From: Octopus bimaculoides
Lineage: Eukaryota
Length of the DNA stretch: 64,000 nt
NCBI RefSeq assembly: GCF_001194135.2
Contig: NC_069007.1
Span: 21,080,604-21,144,603, forward strand
Direction of reading: 5' to 3'
Shown: one piece after another, positions 51,346 through 64,000 of the stretch
Layout of the letters: every line of letters begins with the position of its first letter
How positions within the stretch are numbered: the stretch's first letter is position 1
Program-made: the position numbers and the translations under genes
Notes under the pieces: generated by a model
Database searches by the model: none
What the model was told of the DNA's origin: nothing
The model's input: the letters and a program-made list of their open reading frames with translations, nothing else

Positions 51346-52333
51346 TATATATATATATTTATATATGTATATTATTTTTGTGTGTGGTTTGAATAATATT
51401 TTTTGCAGAGTAATTACATAACACATAAAGACAACGAAGAAAAGTTTGATATTATTTATTCAGCATTACATGTGTTTCATTTCCAAATAGGAATTACAAA
51501 CTTTTAGATGTAGAGAAAAAAATGTAAAATATCTCCTATCAGAAATTCTTCATACATACATATATACATGTGTGTGTGTGTGTATGCATATGTGAGTGTA
51601 CCCTTGGCCAAATATCACATGATGTTTGTAAACGGCCATCATGAGTGTCATGCAAATGCAGTCGTTCATTTCCAGTCTTCTGCATAAAATATGTCTCACC
51701 ATGGAAAATATTTCCTTGCTTAGCAACAGGTGAGGATGGGTGACGGGAAAGGCATCCAGCTGAAGAAAATCCCCATCAATGAATTCTATCTGATCCATAG
51801 AAGCATGGAAAAATGAAGGTTAAATGATGAGGATCATTATATCATAGTGATATGGTTCCTCTTCTGTATCAATGCATTTCTGTTTTAATAATTGATCATT
51901 TTCATAGATTGATTTAGCACGAATAGCTTAGGTTATGGTTATATCTTTCATATTTAATATGACTGTAGAATTAATTCACCATTTTGAAAGAATGATTAAG
52001 GTTTAATATCGCAGTGATATGTTTTCCTTCCTCAGTCAATGCTCTTTTGATTTGTTAATAGATCATTTCAAATGAAAGATTTACTATAGATATCACATTC
52101 ATATAGTTTCTATCATGTGTAGAGATTTTTCTGAGGCACAAGCTTGTCCTTCTGAGGGAATTTTATAAAACAAATGTCACTGTACTTATGGATCCACTTG
52201 TTTTTAATCAAGTGATGATTTTGTGAGAAAATATTTTATTGCAGATATCAAAAAGGTTTATGGTTTTACTCCAGTATGAATACGTTTGTGTGTAGTTAAG
52301 CTTCTTTTTTCAGAGAATGATTTACCATAGATA

Positions 52334-53236
<903 letters not shown>

Positions 53237-53503
53237 TCAAGTTTTATACATCAATAACTTTTCAAAAATATTTCTCCTCTCACCAAAATCTATGGATATT
53301 TTTCTTCTTGTTTTTATAGTTTATTCCAAGCAAATATAACTTTTGTTAAATTTCTTCTAAATGTGATCTTTGTCAATATTTAGAAATGTTGCAAATACTT
53401 TTGTAAATTCATCAAAATATATTCAAAAGAGAAAATTATCTCTTCGACATTTCAGGCATGGAGGTAAAGTAATGTTTTCTCTGAGGAAAGATTTTACTGT
53501 AAT

Positions 53504-53569
53504 TCAGCCATGTTTCATAGAAGCCTGGTTATATGTTTGTAGAATATCTTTGCAGAGTCTTTCAAACAT
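53504..53569 (-). other. Z10 upstream ORF MFERLCKDILQTYNQASMKHG
   Basis: ATG 53569 to TGA 53504; acceptor AG 53635-53634; upstream donor 54558-54553. Confidence 0.6.
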
Positions 53570-54790
53570 GATACATATTGAAGATTCTTTAAAAGTAAAA
53601 AAAAATACTTTTTAGCCAATTTCATGTGATTTTCTGAAAGAATAGAAAATTAAGATAAGACATAAAGTATGTTTAAAAGGTAGATATTCGTGCAAATTTA
53701 CGACAATTCTATTTTGCTAAATTGTAGAAGTATTAAACTTATTTAATCTCACCAGTTTTAAGAAGTTTCTATCTACATATGGGAATACATGCGATTATGA
53801 AAAAAATTGTCTTTTAATTTTTCCAATTTTATTTTTAAATCGAAATTTAAAATACTCACAGTAGAATTTTTTTGGCTTAAATCCCAACAAGAGAGACAGA
53901 GAATGTAGGAGGGTATCAGGTGGTTACGAAATGTTTGAAAAATCACATAGTTTTTGTTTGTTTGTTTGCTGCAAAACCGTATGAATTCTTGTGTGTAGCA
54001 CACGTATGTACAAAAATTTTCTGAAAATTCCCCCAAAATAAAAAATATGTGAGAAAGGATTATATTGGGTGCTTAAAGCAACATTCTGCCAAATTGTTTT
54101 TTATTGTGAGTTGTAATGATGCAGAAGAACCACCAGAAATAAAGATTTCCTGTTTCAAATAAAAGCCGTTCCATTTCTTCTGTATACGATATTTACTTTT
54201 CGTTTCAGTATTTCAGGTGCACACTCGTATTTTTATATATTCCCCATTTTCTTACACCAATTATATCGTACTTACCCCGCATTTAACTTTATAGTCAAAT
54301 TTACACGTCAGAAAGAAAGAGAAATGTTATCTAAACAAGATATAGATCTGACGTTAACGAATATAGGAAATAACTAAAAGTGCAATGAAATGTCTAAAAG
54401 AAAACGATAATGAAAGTATTAAAAGAACAACCTTACTTTCATATAATTTCGTCTTTGTTTAGTGAGATTCTTTCTTTTAACTTATTCAACACATGGAAAC
54501 AATCAGATATGTCATGACACATATATAATAGAAATGTTTATATAAATATAATACTTACATAGTAATATATATTTATACGTATATAGATACTATTCAAGAA
54601 TAGTTGTACCGGTGTACGCACTCGCACATCCGGACTAGCAAGTCGTGACTAGTGGATCCAACGACTACCTAGGGCAAGTGTGCGTCATGCGCAAAACATG
54701 TATGAGAGTTTTTTTCTAAACAAAGTAAATAAATTATACACTACCTATTTTTGGTAAACAGTCCATTATTAACATCTATATTGGTATGTA

Positions 54791-54827
<37 letters not shown>

Positions 54828-55080
54828 AAGCAATGTCCAGGAGTTGCTATTATAATTATTGTATCTGCTCATAATTTATTAACTTTTGGAAAAGTTCACA
54901 TGCAGGTTGGTTTACTTCTACAATTCATTAAAACAGAAATGACATAAATTTGCATTTTTGAATATCTACCTTTTAAACATATTCTATGTCTTATATTATT
55001 TTTTTGTATTCTTTCAGAAAATCACATGAAATTGGCTAAAAAGTATTTTTTTTACTTTTAAAGAATCACCAATATGTATC

Positions 55081-55146
55081 ATGTTCGAAAGACTCTGCAA
55101 AGATGTTCTACAAACGTATAACCAGGCTTCTATAAAACGTTGCTGA
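55081..55146 (+). other. Z11 upstream ORF MFERLCKDVLQTYNQASIKRC
   Basis: ATG 55081 to TGA 55146; acceptor AG 55016-55017. Confidence 0.6.
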
Positions 55147-55307
55147 ATTACAGTAAAATCTTTCCTCTGAGAGAATTATAATGAAAGTGAGATTTGTTTG
55201 AAATAAACTATAAAAATAGAAAGAAAAATATTTTGGTGAGAAAAGACCTTCTTGGAAAATTACTGACATATAAAACTTAAAGGATTGATTTTATTTTTCC
55301 TGAAGAG

Positions 55308-56334
<1,027 letters not shown>

Positions 56335-56734
56335 CAAAACCATAATTTAACTAAACACAGGCATATACATACAGAAAATCATCGCTGAATTAAACACAAG
56401 TGCATTCCTTATTAATTGGATTCATAGCACAGTGATGTTTGTTCACTACAATCATCATCGTCGCCATCATTTAATATCCACTTTTCCTTAAATCTATGGA
56501 TCAGATGGGATTCATTGATGGAGATTTTCTGCAGCTGGATGCCAATCCTCACTTGTTTCCAAGCAAGGAAATATTTTCCATGGTGAGACATATTTTATGC
56601 AGAAGACTTGAAATGAACAGCTGCATTTATATGACAATGATGGTCATTTACTAGTATCATGTGATATCTAGTGAAGGGTACATACACACACATCTATAAA
56701 TATATACATATTTAAAAAGCATCTATTATGCTCT

Positions 56735-56880
56735 TGGAGTGGTTGGCATTAGGAAGAGCATCCAGTCATATACACACTGCCAAATCAGGGTGCAACTTGG
56801 TGCATTTCTCTGGCTTGCCAGTTCCAGTTGAACTGTCTAACCCATACCAGCATGGAAAGTGAACAATAAATGATGATGTA
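56735..56880 (+). mobile_element. Diverged (GAT)n-tailed SINE
   Basis: GGAGTGGTTGGCATTAGGAAG..CCAGCATGGAAAGTGAACAATAAATGATGATG. Confidence 0.6.
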
Positions 56881-57109
56881 TGTACGAATAATTTCTAATA
56901 AGAGATATCTGACATGTTTCCTTCCTGTATATATAAAATTTTGTAATTCCTGTTCGCAAATGAAACACATGTAATGATGAATAAATAATTCCAAAACCTT
57001 TTTTTAATCTCCTCTTCTGTTATGTACTTACTCTGCAAAACGATTTCCCAGTATTTTTCAATTCTTAAGGCATACCTGACATACAACATCCCTTCTGTAG
57101 CCTTTGCCA

Positions 57110-57620
57110 CATTCGGTCAGAAGTGAAACCATAAACGCTTTCTTCATCAAGCGTTCCAGTCCACCAAAAAGCCAGACCATTTTGATATTTTCGATGGACC
57201 AGAACCGTTTCATCGATCTCAATTTCAACCCCACCTCCTCCGATCACATTTTGGTGGTTTTCTGCCCCAAACTGGCAGACCTCAGCACAGAAAGACAGCC
57301 AACCTACCTAGGTTTTACAGCAGAATCCAAGGTTTTCCTCGATTAATCTGTGCTGAAGAAGTGATTCACGAAAATCAAAATCTTCCAAGGTGGAGAATAT
57401 CCACAATCCCTTCTGGATTGACGACGTCGTCGTACCATCCTACGGCAACGCCACATGATCGTTTCCTCGTGCAAAATACATGGGAAATTACATGTTGGAC
57501 AATTGTGGGTAAACGGCAGGACACCGTGTTCCATGAAAAATGTAATAGCAGTATTATTTTTACCGTGGAAACAGAGAACTCCTTAATAAAGAGTGATATT
57601 GCAACAGTTGTATGGAGCTA
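57110..57620 (-). mobile_element. Merlin (IS1016/IS1595-like) transposase relic
   Basis: Zn-ribbon CPTC..WRCRR..CG, then WLSFCAEVCQFW and IGGGGVEIEIDETVLVHRKYQNG, matching the Merlin IGG..VEIDE..RKY..G motif; frameshifted. Confidence 0.8.
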
Positions 57621-57713
57621 TGGTGTTAGAGCAGAATTAGGATTTCGTGTATCTGCGCGCACATGTGTGAGAGAGAAAGAGTGAGTGAAGGTGATAATGA
57701 ATGCCTTCTAAGG

Positions 57714-57975
57714 CAGGGGTTTTCAAACTGTGGTCCGCAAGGACAAGACAGGGGGGGGGGTCCGTGGACAGCAAATACTTTTTATGGGCAATTTGATTTT
57801 ATATATGTGTTTTTTAATCGAAATCTTTTAATTGACAATAAACCTATTTGTTAAGTACTGTTAAATAAATAAATGTAAAAATATATGTTATTTTAAGTAA
57901 ATATTTATGTATAAATTTCATAAGCGTTTATGAAATATAAAGGGGTCCGCAAGTCAAAAAGTTTGAAAACCCCTG
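57714..57975. mobile_element. hAT-type MITE, 262 bp
   Basis: 16-bp perfect TIR CAGGGGTTTTCAAACT; 8-bp TSD TTCTAAGG at 57706-57713 and 57976-57983. Confidence 0.93.
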
Positions 57976-59029
57976 TTCTAAGGTACACACTCATTTTGAA
58001 AATGTGACGTCTATGATAGATAACTTATGGAAAAGATTATAATTTTAAATTTTTGTAATTCAAATATGTCAACGAAACAAAAGTACTGAATATTTTGATA
58101 CTCCATACGTGAAAATTGATTCTCTCACCCCTCCATACTCACCAATAAGGGGTGTGCGAGCGTAACAATCTCTACAGTACACAGAAAACGAAAGGCTAAA
58201 ACAAGTGAAACACCATGTTTTACATATGGGTTGTATACGTCGGTCTTGTTTTTTCGCTTTAAAGGCAAGCGATTCTCATATAAGAAAACACGATATTAAA
58301 TAATTCTCTTTAACATACTTCTAAAATGAGACTTCATCTATATGTAGAGATGTGTGTGTCTACCATCCCATCAGCAACAATCATCATCACCTTCTTCATA
58401 ATATTTGTACCCTTTAAAAAGAAGCACCTGTTGCTATTTTTCTCAATTTATTTTACATTGTGTTCACCCAAATTGGAACTTTTACTGTATTTTGCGCCAG
58501 AGAACATAAAAGATTATATGAAGGCAAAACGTATTGCCAATGAATAAACGTGGTGTGCTTACACACATTCGATGAATTTTCAAAATCCTAGTCGTTCTAT
58601 TGACGAGTTTGTCAATAGAACGTGCACTAAATGTGAAAAAAAAAAAAAAGCCTTTTTCCGTCAGGAAAGGTAAATTAACAGAAAACTCTGAGCTGCCATT
58701 ATATTTAATTTCTCATTTAGTGTTTGATTTTATTTTCGAATTGCCTGTAACGATTTCTGGCGAGAAGGAATTGCATTGATAACAAAAAAACTGCCGTTCA
58801 GAGAGACGAGTTCTTTAGAGATGTTTTGCTACAGGACAAAAGAAGGCAATGGTGGTGGGATCATAAGCTTGTTCTTTCAATAGCAAGAACAATGGGAGGA
58901 AGAATGTGTCGCAAAACTGGGGTTGTCGGATGTTTAGGACAACAGAACGAAGCAAAAAAAAAGATTTGTTCAAAATGTACCCGAGAGGAAGAACAGAGAC
59001 GACATTAAATAGCAGACGACACTTTTACT

Positions 59030-59290
59030 CTCTCTCCACCTTCAAACTCTCTCTCTACCTCTCACTTCACAGTTCATTCTGCAGCTCCCTCTCCACCTTC
59101 CATCTCTCTCTCTCTCTCTCCACCTCTCACTTCACAGATCATTCTGCAGCTCCCTCTCCACCTTCCATCTCTCTCTCTCTCTCTCCACCTCTCACTTCAC
59201 AGATCATTCTGCAGCTCCCTCTCCACCTTCCATCTCTCTCTCTCTCTCACCCTCTCACTTCACCTCCCACCTCTCTCTCTCTCCACATCA
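59030..59290. repeat. CT-rich minisatellite, ~60-bp unit, about 3-4 copies
   Basis: Unit CTCTCCACCTTCCATC(TC)nCACCTCTCACTTCACAGATCATTCTGCAGCTCC repeated. Confidence 0.85.
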
Positions 59291-59344
59291 GTCTGCAGAT
59301 TTCTCTCGCCTCGTCCAGACGTATTTGTTCCTCGCTCAAAATTC

Positions 59345-60180
59345 TGACATTCAAAATTGCTCAAGCTAAGTGGCAACAATTGATACCATTTGAAAACTTT
59401 TTTTTTGCACCTAAGGCCTTATTAATACATCCACGGATCGATATATATCCAGTGATTTTTGAACGTATGCAAAAGATATTGTTTCAATAGACTTTAGCTT
59501 GTTTCACACAAAACACTAAAAAGGTTTTTGTTTGTCCAGACATTGTTACCGTTAATTATTTCTAACTTCAGCTTTTGTTTTATTATCACCAAATGTCATC
59601 TAGGAAAAGATTTCTTTCAGCATATTTCTTTATAATCGTCATGTATGCCATTTGAAAGCTATTTCTATAAAAGGTCATTGAAAAATAAATTCGACGGACT
59701 AATAAAATTCATATATTATTTCCGTAAACCCTAATTGAAAACAAGAAGCTACCACAACCATCCCCATCAGCAACAATCATCATCACCTTCTTCATAATAT
59801 TTGTACCCTTTANNNNNNNNNNNNNNNNNNNNNNNNNNNNNNNNNNNNNNNNNNNNNNNNNNNNNNNNNNNNNNNNNNNNNNNNNNNNNNNNNNNNNNNN
59901 NNNNNNNNNNNNATTCAAAATTGCTCAAGCTAAGTGGCAACAATTGATACCATTTGAAAACTTTTTTTTTGCACCTAAGGCCTTATTAATACATCCACGG
60001 ATCGATATATATCCAGTGATTTTTGAACGTATGCAAAAGATATTGTTTCAATAGACTTTAGCTTGTTTCACACAAAACACTAAAAAGGTTTTTGTTTGTC
60101 CAGACATTGTTACCGTTCATTATTTCTAACTTCAGCTTCTGTTTATTATCACCAACTGTCATCTAGGAAAAATGTTTCCA
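59345..60180. repeat. Direct duplication of ~270 bp across a gap
   Basis: TTCAAAATTGCTCAAGCTAAGTGG.. starts at about 59350 and 59915; copies differ at a few sites. Confidence 0.8.
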
Positions 60181-61477
60181 ACATATTTCTTTATAATCGT
60201 CATGTATGAAGATCGTAAGGTCTTTCTATAAAATATCATTGAAAAAAATCCCTATTTTCCGAAAGGAAAAGCTCGAATTTTACGAAATTCTCTCTCTGCC
60301 CTCTAGGAAAAAATTTTCAAAGTTATTTCTTTATAATCGTCATGTATGGAGATCGTAAGGTATTTCTATAAAATATCATTGAAAAAAACTCCCCTATAAT
60401 CAGGAAAGTTACGACGGAAAAATCAAGGGTCATGTGAAAATTTCATTCCCCATACTGCTGGAAAAGACTTTCCTGAGAAATTCTTTTAGAATTGTAGTGT
60501 ACACCGATTGAAAGGTATTTCTATAAAATTTCAATGAAAAAATCCCCCCTATTTTGGCTAACTACATTCAAAAAATGTACCTGCATATAGAGGTATGTAT
60601 AGGTTATTTTCAAAATATAATTTCTGAAATTCAATGTGGTAGCATATGATCTGTTTGAGAATGTTTTCTGTTTTATCTTTACATATATACCACCGCTTCG
60701 TCACTTCATGGGAGAAAACTTCTGAAACTATATATATGTTATATATATGGGTAGTGGGTAGTGATTTTCTTGACTACCTCAGGGCGTGACGACCCTGCCT
60801 GACAGTACCTGGAATGGGCCCCCATCCGGGGTTACGGAAAGAAGACACCCTTCAAAGAAGGTGCTAAGCGTAATGCTCTGCACTCCTTTGGACTACATCA
60901 GGAAGGTTCAGAGAAGAATCCTGAGGATTGGACTCCAAGGCCTGTGAAAAGCTGGAGTGGAAACTTCGGTAACCACACTAGATTATTTTATGCACAACTC
61001 CATTGCCTCCCAAGACAAAAGGATGCCAACAACATTATATGCAAACAATGGACCACATACAGAGGTATGTATAGATTATTTTCAAAACATAATTTCTGAA
61101 ATTCAATGTGGTAGAATGTGATCTGTTTGAGAATGTTTTCTGACACACGGTTTCTGTTTTATCTTTACATATATTCCACCGCTTTGTCACTTCATGGGAG
61201 AAAACTTGTAATATATGTATTAGGAATGGCTGCCTATATGCAAACAATAGACCACATACAGAGGTATGTATAGATTATTGGAAATGCTCGTATCATGTAA
61301 ATTTCTCAAAGTCTATTTCCTACCCAGGTGGGACATTTCGGTCATGAATTTCTTTATAATCGTAATGTATACAGATTGAAAGGTATTTCTATAAAATTTC
61401 AATGAAAAAAACCCCCTATTTTCATAAATATGAGGAGCGAAATGCTTGTATTATGTGAATTTCTCAAAGTCTATTTC

Positions 61478-61615
61478 CGAGGAGCGTTACCCGTTCAGGA
61501 TAGGGAAAGCATCCTGCATGCTGTTGTTCAGTGCCTGGAAGTGTGGGCTTATGCAGAACATCTGCTGTCAAGTTCGAGAAGAGTACAGCTGTCATCCATG
61601 TCAATCGTAAGAAGG
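61478..61615 (+). mobile_element. Possible L1/Tx1-type LINE C-terminal fragment
   Basis: RGALPVQD.ESILHAVVQC..WAYAEHLLS..RVQLS resembles the post-RT zinc-binding region of Tx1-like ORF2; short. Confidence 0.4.
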
Positions 61616-61659
61616 TAAGAAATGTTTTCTTGCAGTAGTGCATTGTGGTTTGTCAGTCT

Positions 61660-62039
61660 TGGTTTTCAATTGATGTTAGACAATCCATTCTCCATCACTG
61701 TGATACATTTAAAAACAAAGAGGTCGATTTCATTGCGTATGAAATGCTCATTGCAAATATTGATTTATTGTGTTAAGCGGAACTCTTAATGATCCCACAC
61801 TGTTATGACAATCAGATCCAATTTGGTCATCAACATCAGTAGGTCGACCAGAATGTTGGTCACCTTTGAGTGAAAAACTTCCAGAATGCAATGTTTTAAA
61901 CCATTTCTAACATTTGCATTCTGTTAAGCAATAAACACCATAAACCTCAAATATCTCTTTGTGAGCCTCAGCAACTTCCTTGCTCTTACAGAAATAAAGA
62001 AAACAAAATATGGCGAAAATGTTTGTTTTTGCACTCCAT
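61660..62039 (-). mobile_element. Mariner (Mos1-like) transposase relic
   Basis: MECKNKHFRHIL..EAHKEIFEVYG..WFKTLHSGSFSLKGDQHSGRPTDVDD and a frameshifted ITGDEKWI-like segment. Confidence 0.85.
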
Positions 62040-63615
62040 GTTAAAATTGACAATGAACTGTAAATAAAACTACAATTTAATCCTAAAATAAGCTAAAAGT
62101 AATGACTATCAAATACCAAAAGGAAAAATCTCAACATAGACAAAAGTCATAAAAAAAAATTGTAACTATGGATTTGTGAAAAACAAAATTACTTTCTTTC
62201 CAACCCAATAAATCCAAATTGTCATTTTGAAGTATATATGCAGATTCCACTACTCCAAAGTTGTATGTAGATGTTATACTTGTGTTCGGTATGCCTTAAG
62301 AATTGAAAAACAGAAGAGGAGATTGAAAAAAAACAAAGGTTTTGGTATTATTTATTCACCATTACATGTTTCATTTCTTAACAGGAATTACACAATTTTA
62401 TATATACAGGAAGGAAACATGTCACATATCTCCCATCAGAAATTATTCATATATACATCAAGTTTAAAGAGTCACACGCATGTGACATCCATCAAAATAG
62501 AGCAAAACACGATAAACCGTTGAATAGTTCAGCTCAAGATCAAAGCGCTGAAATGCAAAGAAAGAACAGTTCACCAGCATCACATCTATATGAGGTTTGT
62601 TGGTGAAAAGCAGATATTCATTCAAACAGGCTATAAAAACAGTAAGACACAATATAGTCTTAACTCCCCACCTGACTGATGACAACGCTGGAATTTATCA
62701 GTATACATGTGTGTACTTGACTAATATGTTCTCACACCAAAGCTGGAAAATCATAGTAATTGCATACTGAGGCATGCAGGACCGTCATACAGTCGTCAGC
62801 AAATACTGTCAATGGCCGGGTGGGAAGATTTGTTTTCCATGTACCGAAAAAGCAAAACTGATGCATATGACAGGTATGTAAAACATAGTTCGGCCTATCT
62901 TCTGCTCAGTCGCACACCAACCGTTCATTTTCACACTGTATGAATCATTTTCGGAGTTTTCTCATAGAAAATATGAAATTTTTTCCCCATATTTTCCCAC
63001 ATGGATTGAACAAAAAAAGTTAAAAATTAGGGGGAGGCAGAAAGAGATTTGAAATTTTAAAAGTGTGGAATTTTGCATATTCGAAATCTCCATCGTTGAA
63101 AGCCTAGGAATCTGCTGAGAAAAAATAAATAGAATCCAAAAGCTTAGTTCTGAGAGGTGGGTGGGGTTGACTCCACCAGTTCCATCTTGTAACTTACGAT
63201 GTATTGATTGCAGCAGGCATGGAACACTACTTAGTTCCTTAAATATTGGTAACTATCAGAAACACAAGAAACATAGTTTTATAGCAGCAAATAGAATGGT
63301 TTTCACCACTCACACTTTGCACAAAATGTTTCTCGTTTTGTCACTCTTTCCCAAAACGCCAATTAAAATACTAATCAGAATTGCAAACAAAAATGTGGTG
63401 CAGACACAAATTTTGTCTATACAACTGAAGGTTGATGGCCTGACAGGGAGTGCTTCAATTTCAATAGAGCGAGGGTCATGTCGCACACAGTAAGATTTCA
63501 GGACAGTACACAGTGTCGGCAGAAATGGATATAAAAAAAAATAACCAGGCAGGTGTAACACATCTAAAGACAGGGATACACCGAAAAAATATAAGCAGAA
63601 ATGAAATCAATTTAA

Positions 63616-63827
63616 CCCTTTAGCATTTAAACTGGCCATAAGTATTTTGCCTATTCTACGTTCAAACTGGCCTGATCTGGTCTCTCACACCAACCCTACA
63701 ATATCGTTTTAAAAATTAACAGCTACCTCATCAAAATCTCATAGCTACGAGAGAATGCATGATTAGTTCAAAACAATGTGGAGAAAAAAAGCATTAATTA
63801 TGGTAGAATAATGTGAACACTAAAGGG
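63616..63827. mobile_element. piggyBac-like MITE
   Basis: TTAA at 63612-63615 and 63828-63831 flanking CCCTTTAG..CTAAAGGG termini. Confidence 0.75.
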
Positions 63828-64000
63828 TTAAATGAGGAACATTAAACTTAAAATGCACTGTAAAATAAAAGATCGCCCTCCACGAATATATACAATTGAG
63901 ATTTTAAAATTTTGCAATACCCTCTAACAGCTTTTCAAAAAGATCGCAACATTTGTACCTTCTGCGCCACATAATTTCACAGAGACCAGAGTCAATCATA

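Noticed and set aside
234-51396. Long ORFs made mostly of X
   Set aside because: They are open only because N runs contain no stop codons.
60775-61020. GC-richer block, possibly a LINE 5' UTR
   Set aside because: No coding motif, terminus or second copy in the window to support a call.

Overview
Gapped draft scaffold from an AT-rich animal genome, most likely an octopus (inferred from the effector-less C2H2 zinc-finger expansion and the SINE types; not proven). Positions 1-57,000 are a tandem cluster of 11 poly-C2H2 zinc-finger genes (my labels Z1-Z11, 9 to at least 18 fingers each, no KRAB/SCAN/ZAD/BTB domain visible) plus three finger relics. Each gene is a copy of one repeated unit: conserved promoter/exon-1 block ending in a GTAAGT donor, conserved intron block, a ~135-nt exon carrying a 21-codon upstream ORF intact in all 10 Z2-Z11 copies (the divergent Z1 exon lacks its ATG), the finger exon, and a 3' UTR with decayed fingers and a conserved AATAAA module. 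The units show finger-level shuffling, a chimeric gene (Z7), an exact 5-finger length difference (Z6 vs Z8), two head-to-head pairs, and the same 2-nt frameshift in both genes of a pair lacking its promoter blocks (Z10/Z11). Interspersed are relics of Helitron, Tc1, mariner, Merlin, hAT, piggyBac-like, CR1/L2 and Tx1-like elements, several SINE families, a ~500-bp foldback palindrome and a large inverted repeat at the window start. Most ORFs in the supplied track are artefacts of N gaps, microsatellites or the antisense strand of finger arrays. Splice sites, uORF translation and all functions are inferred from sequence only.
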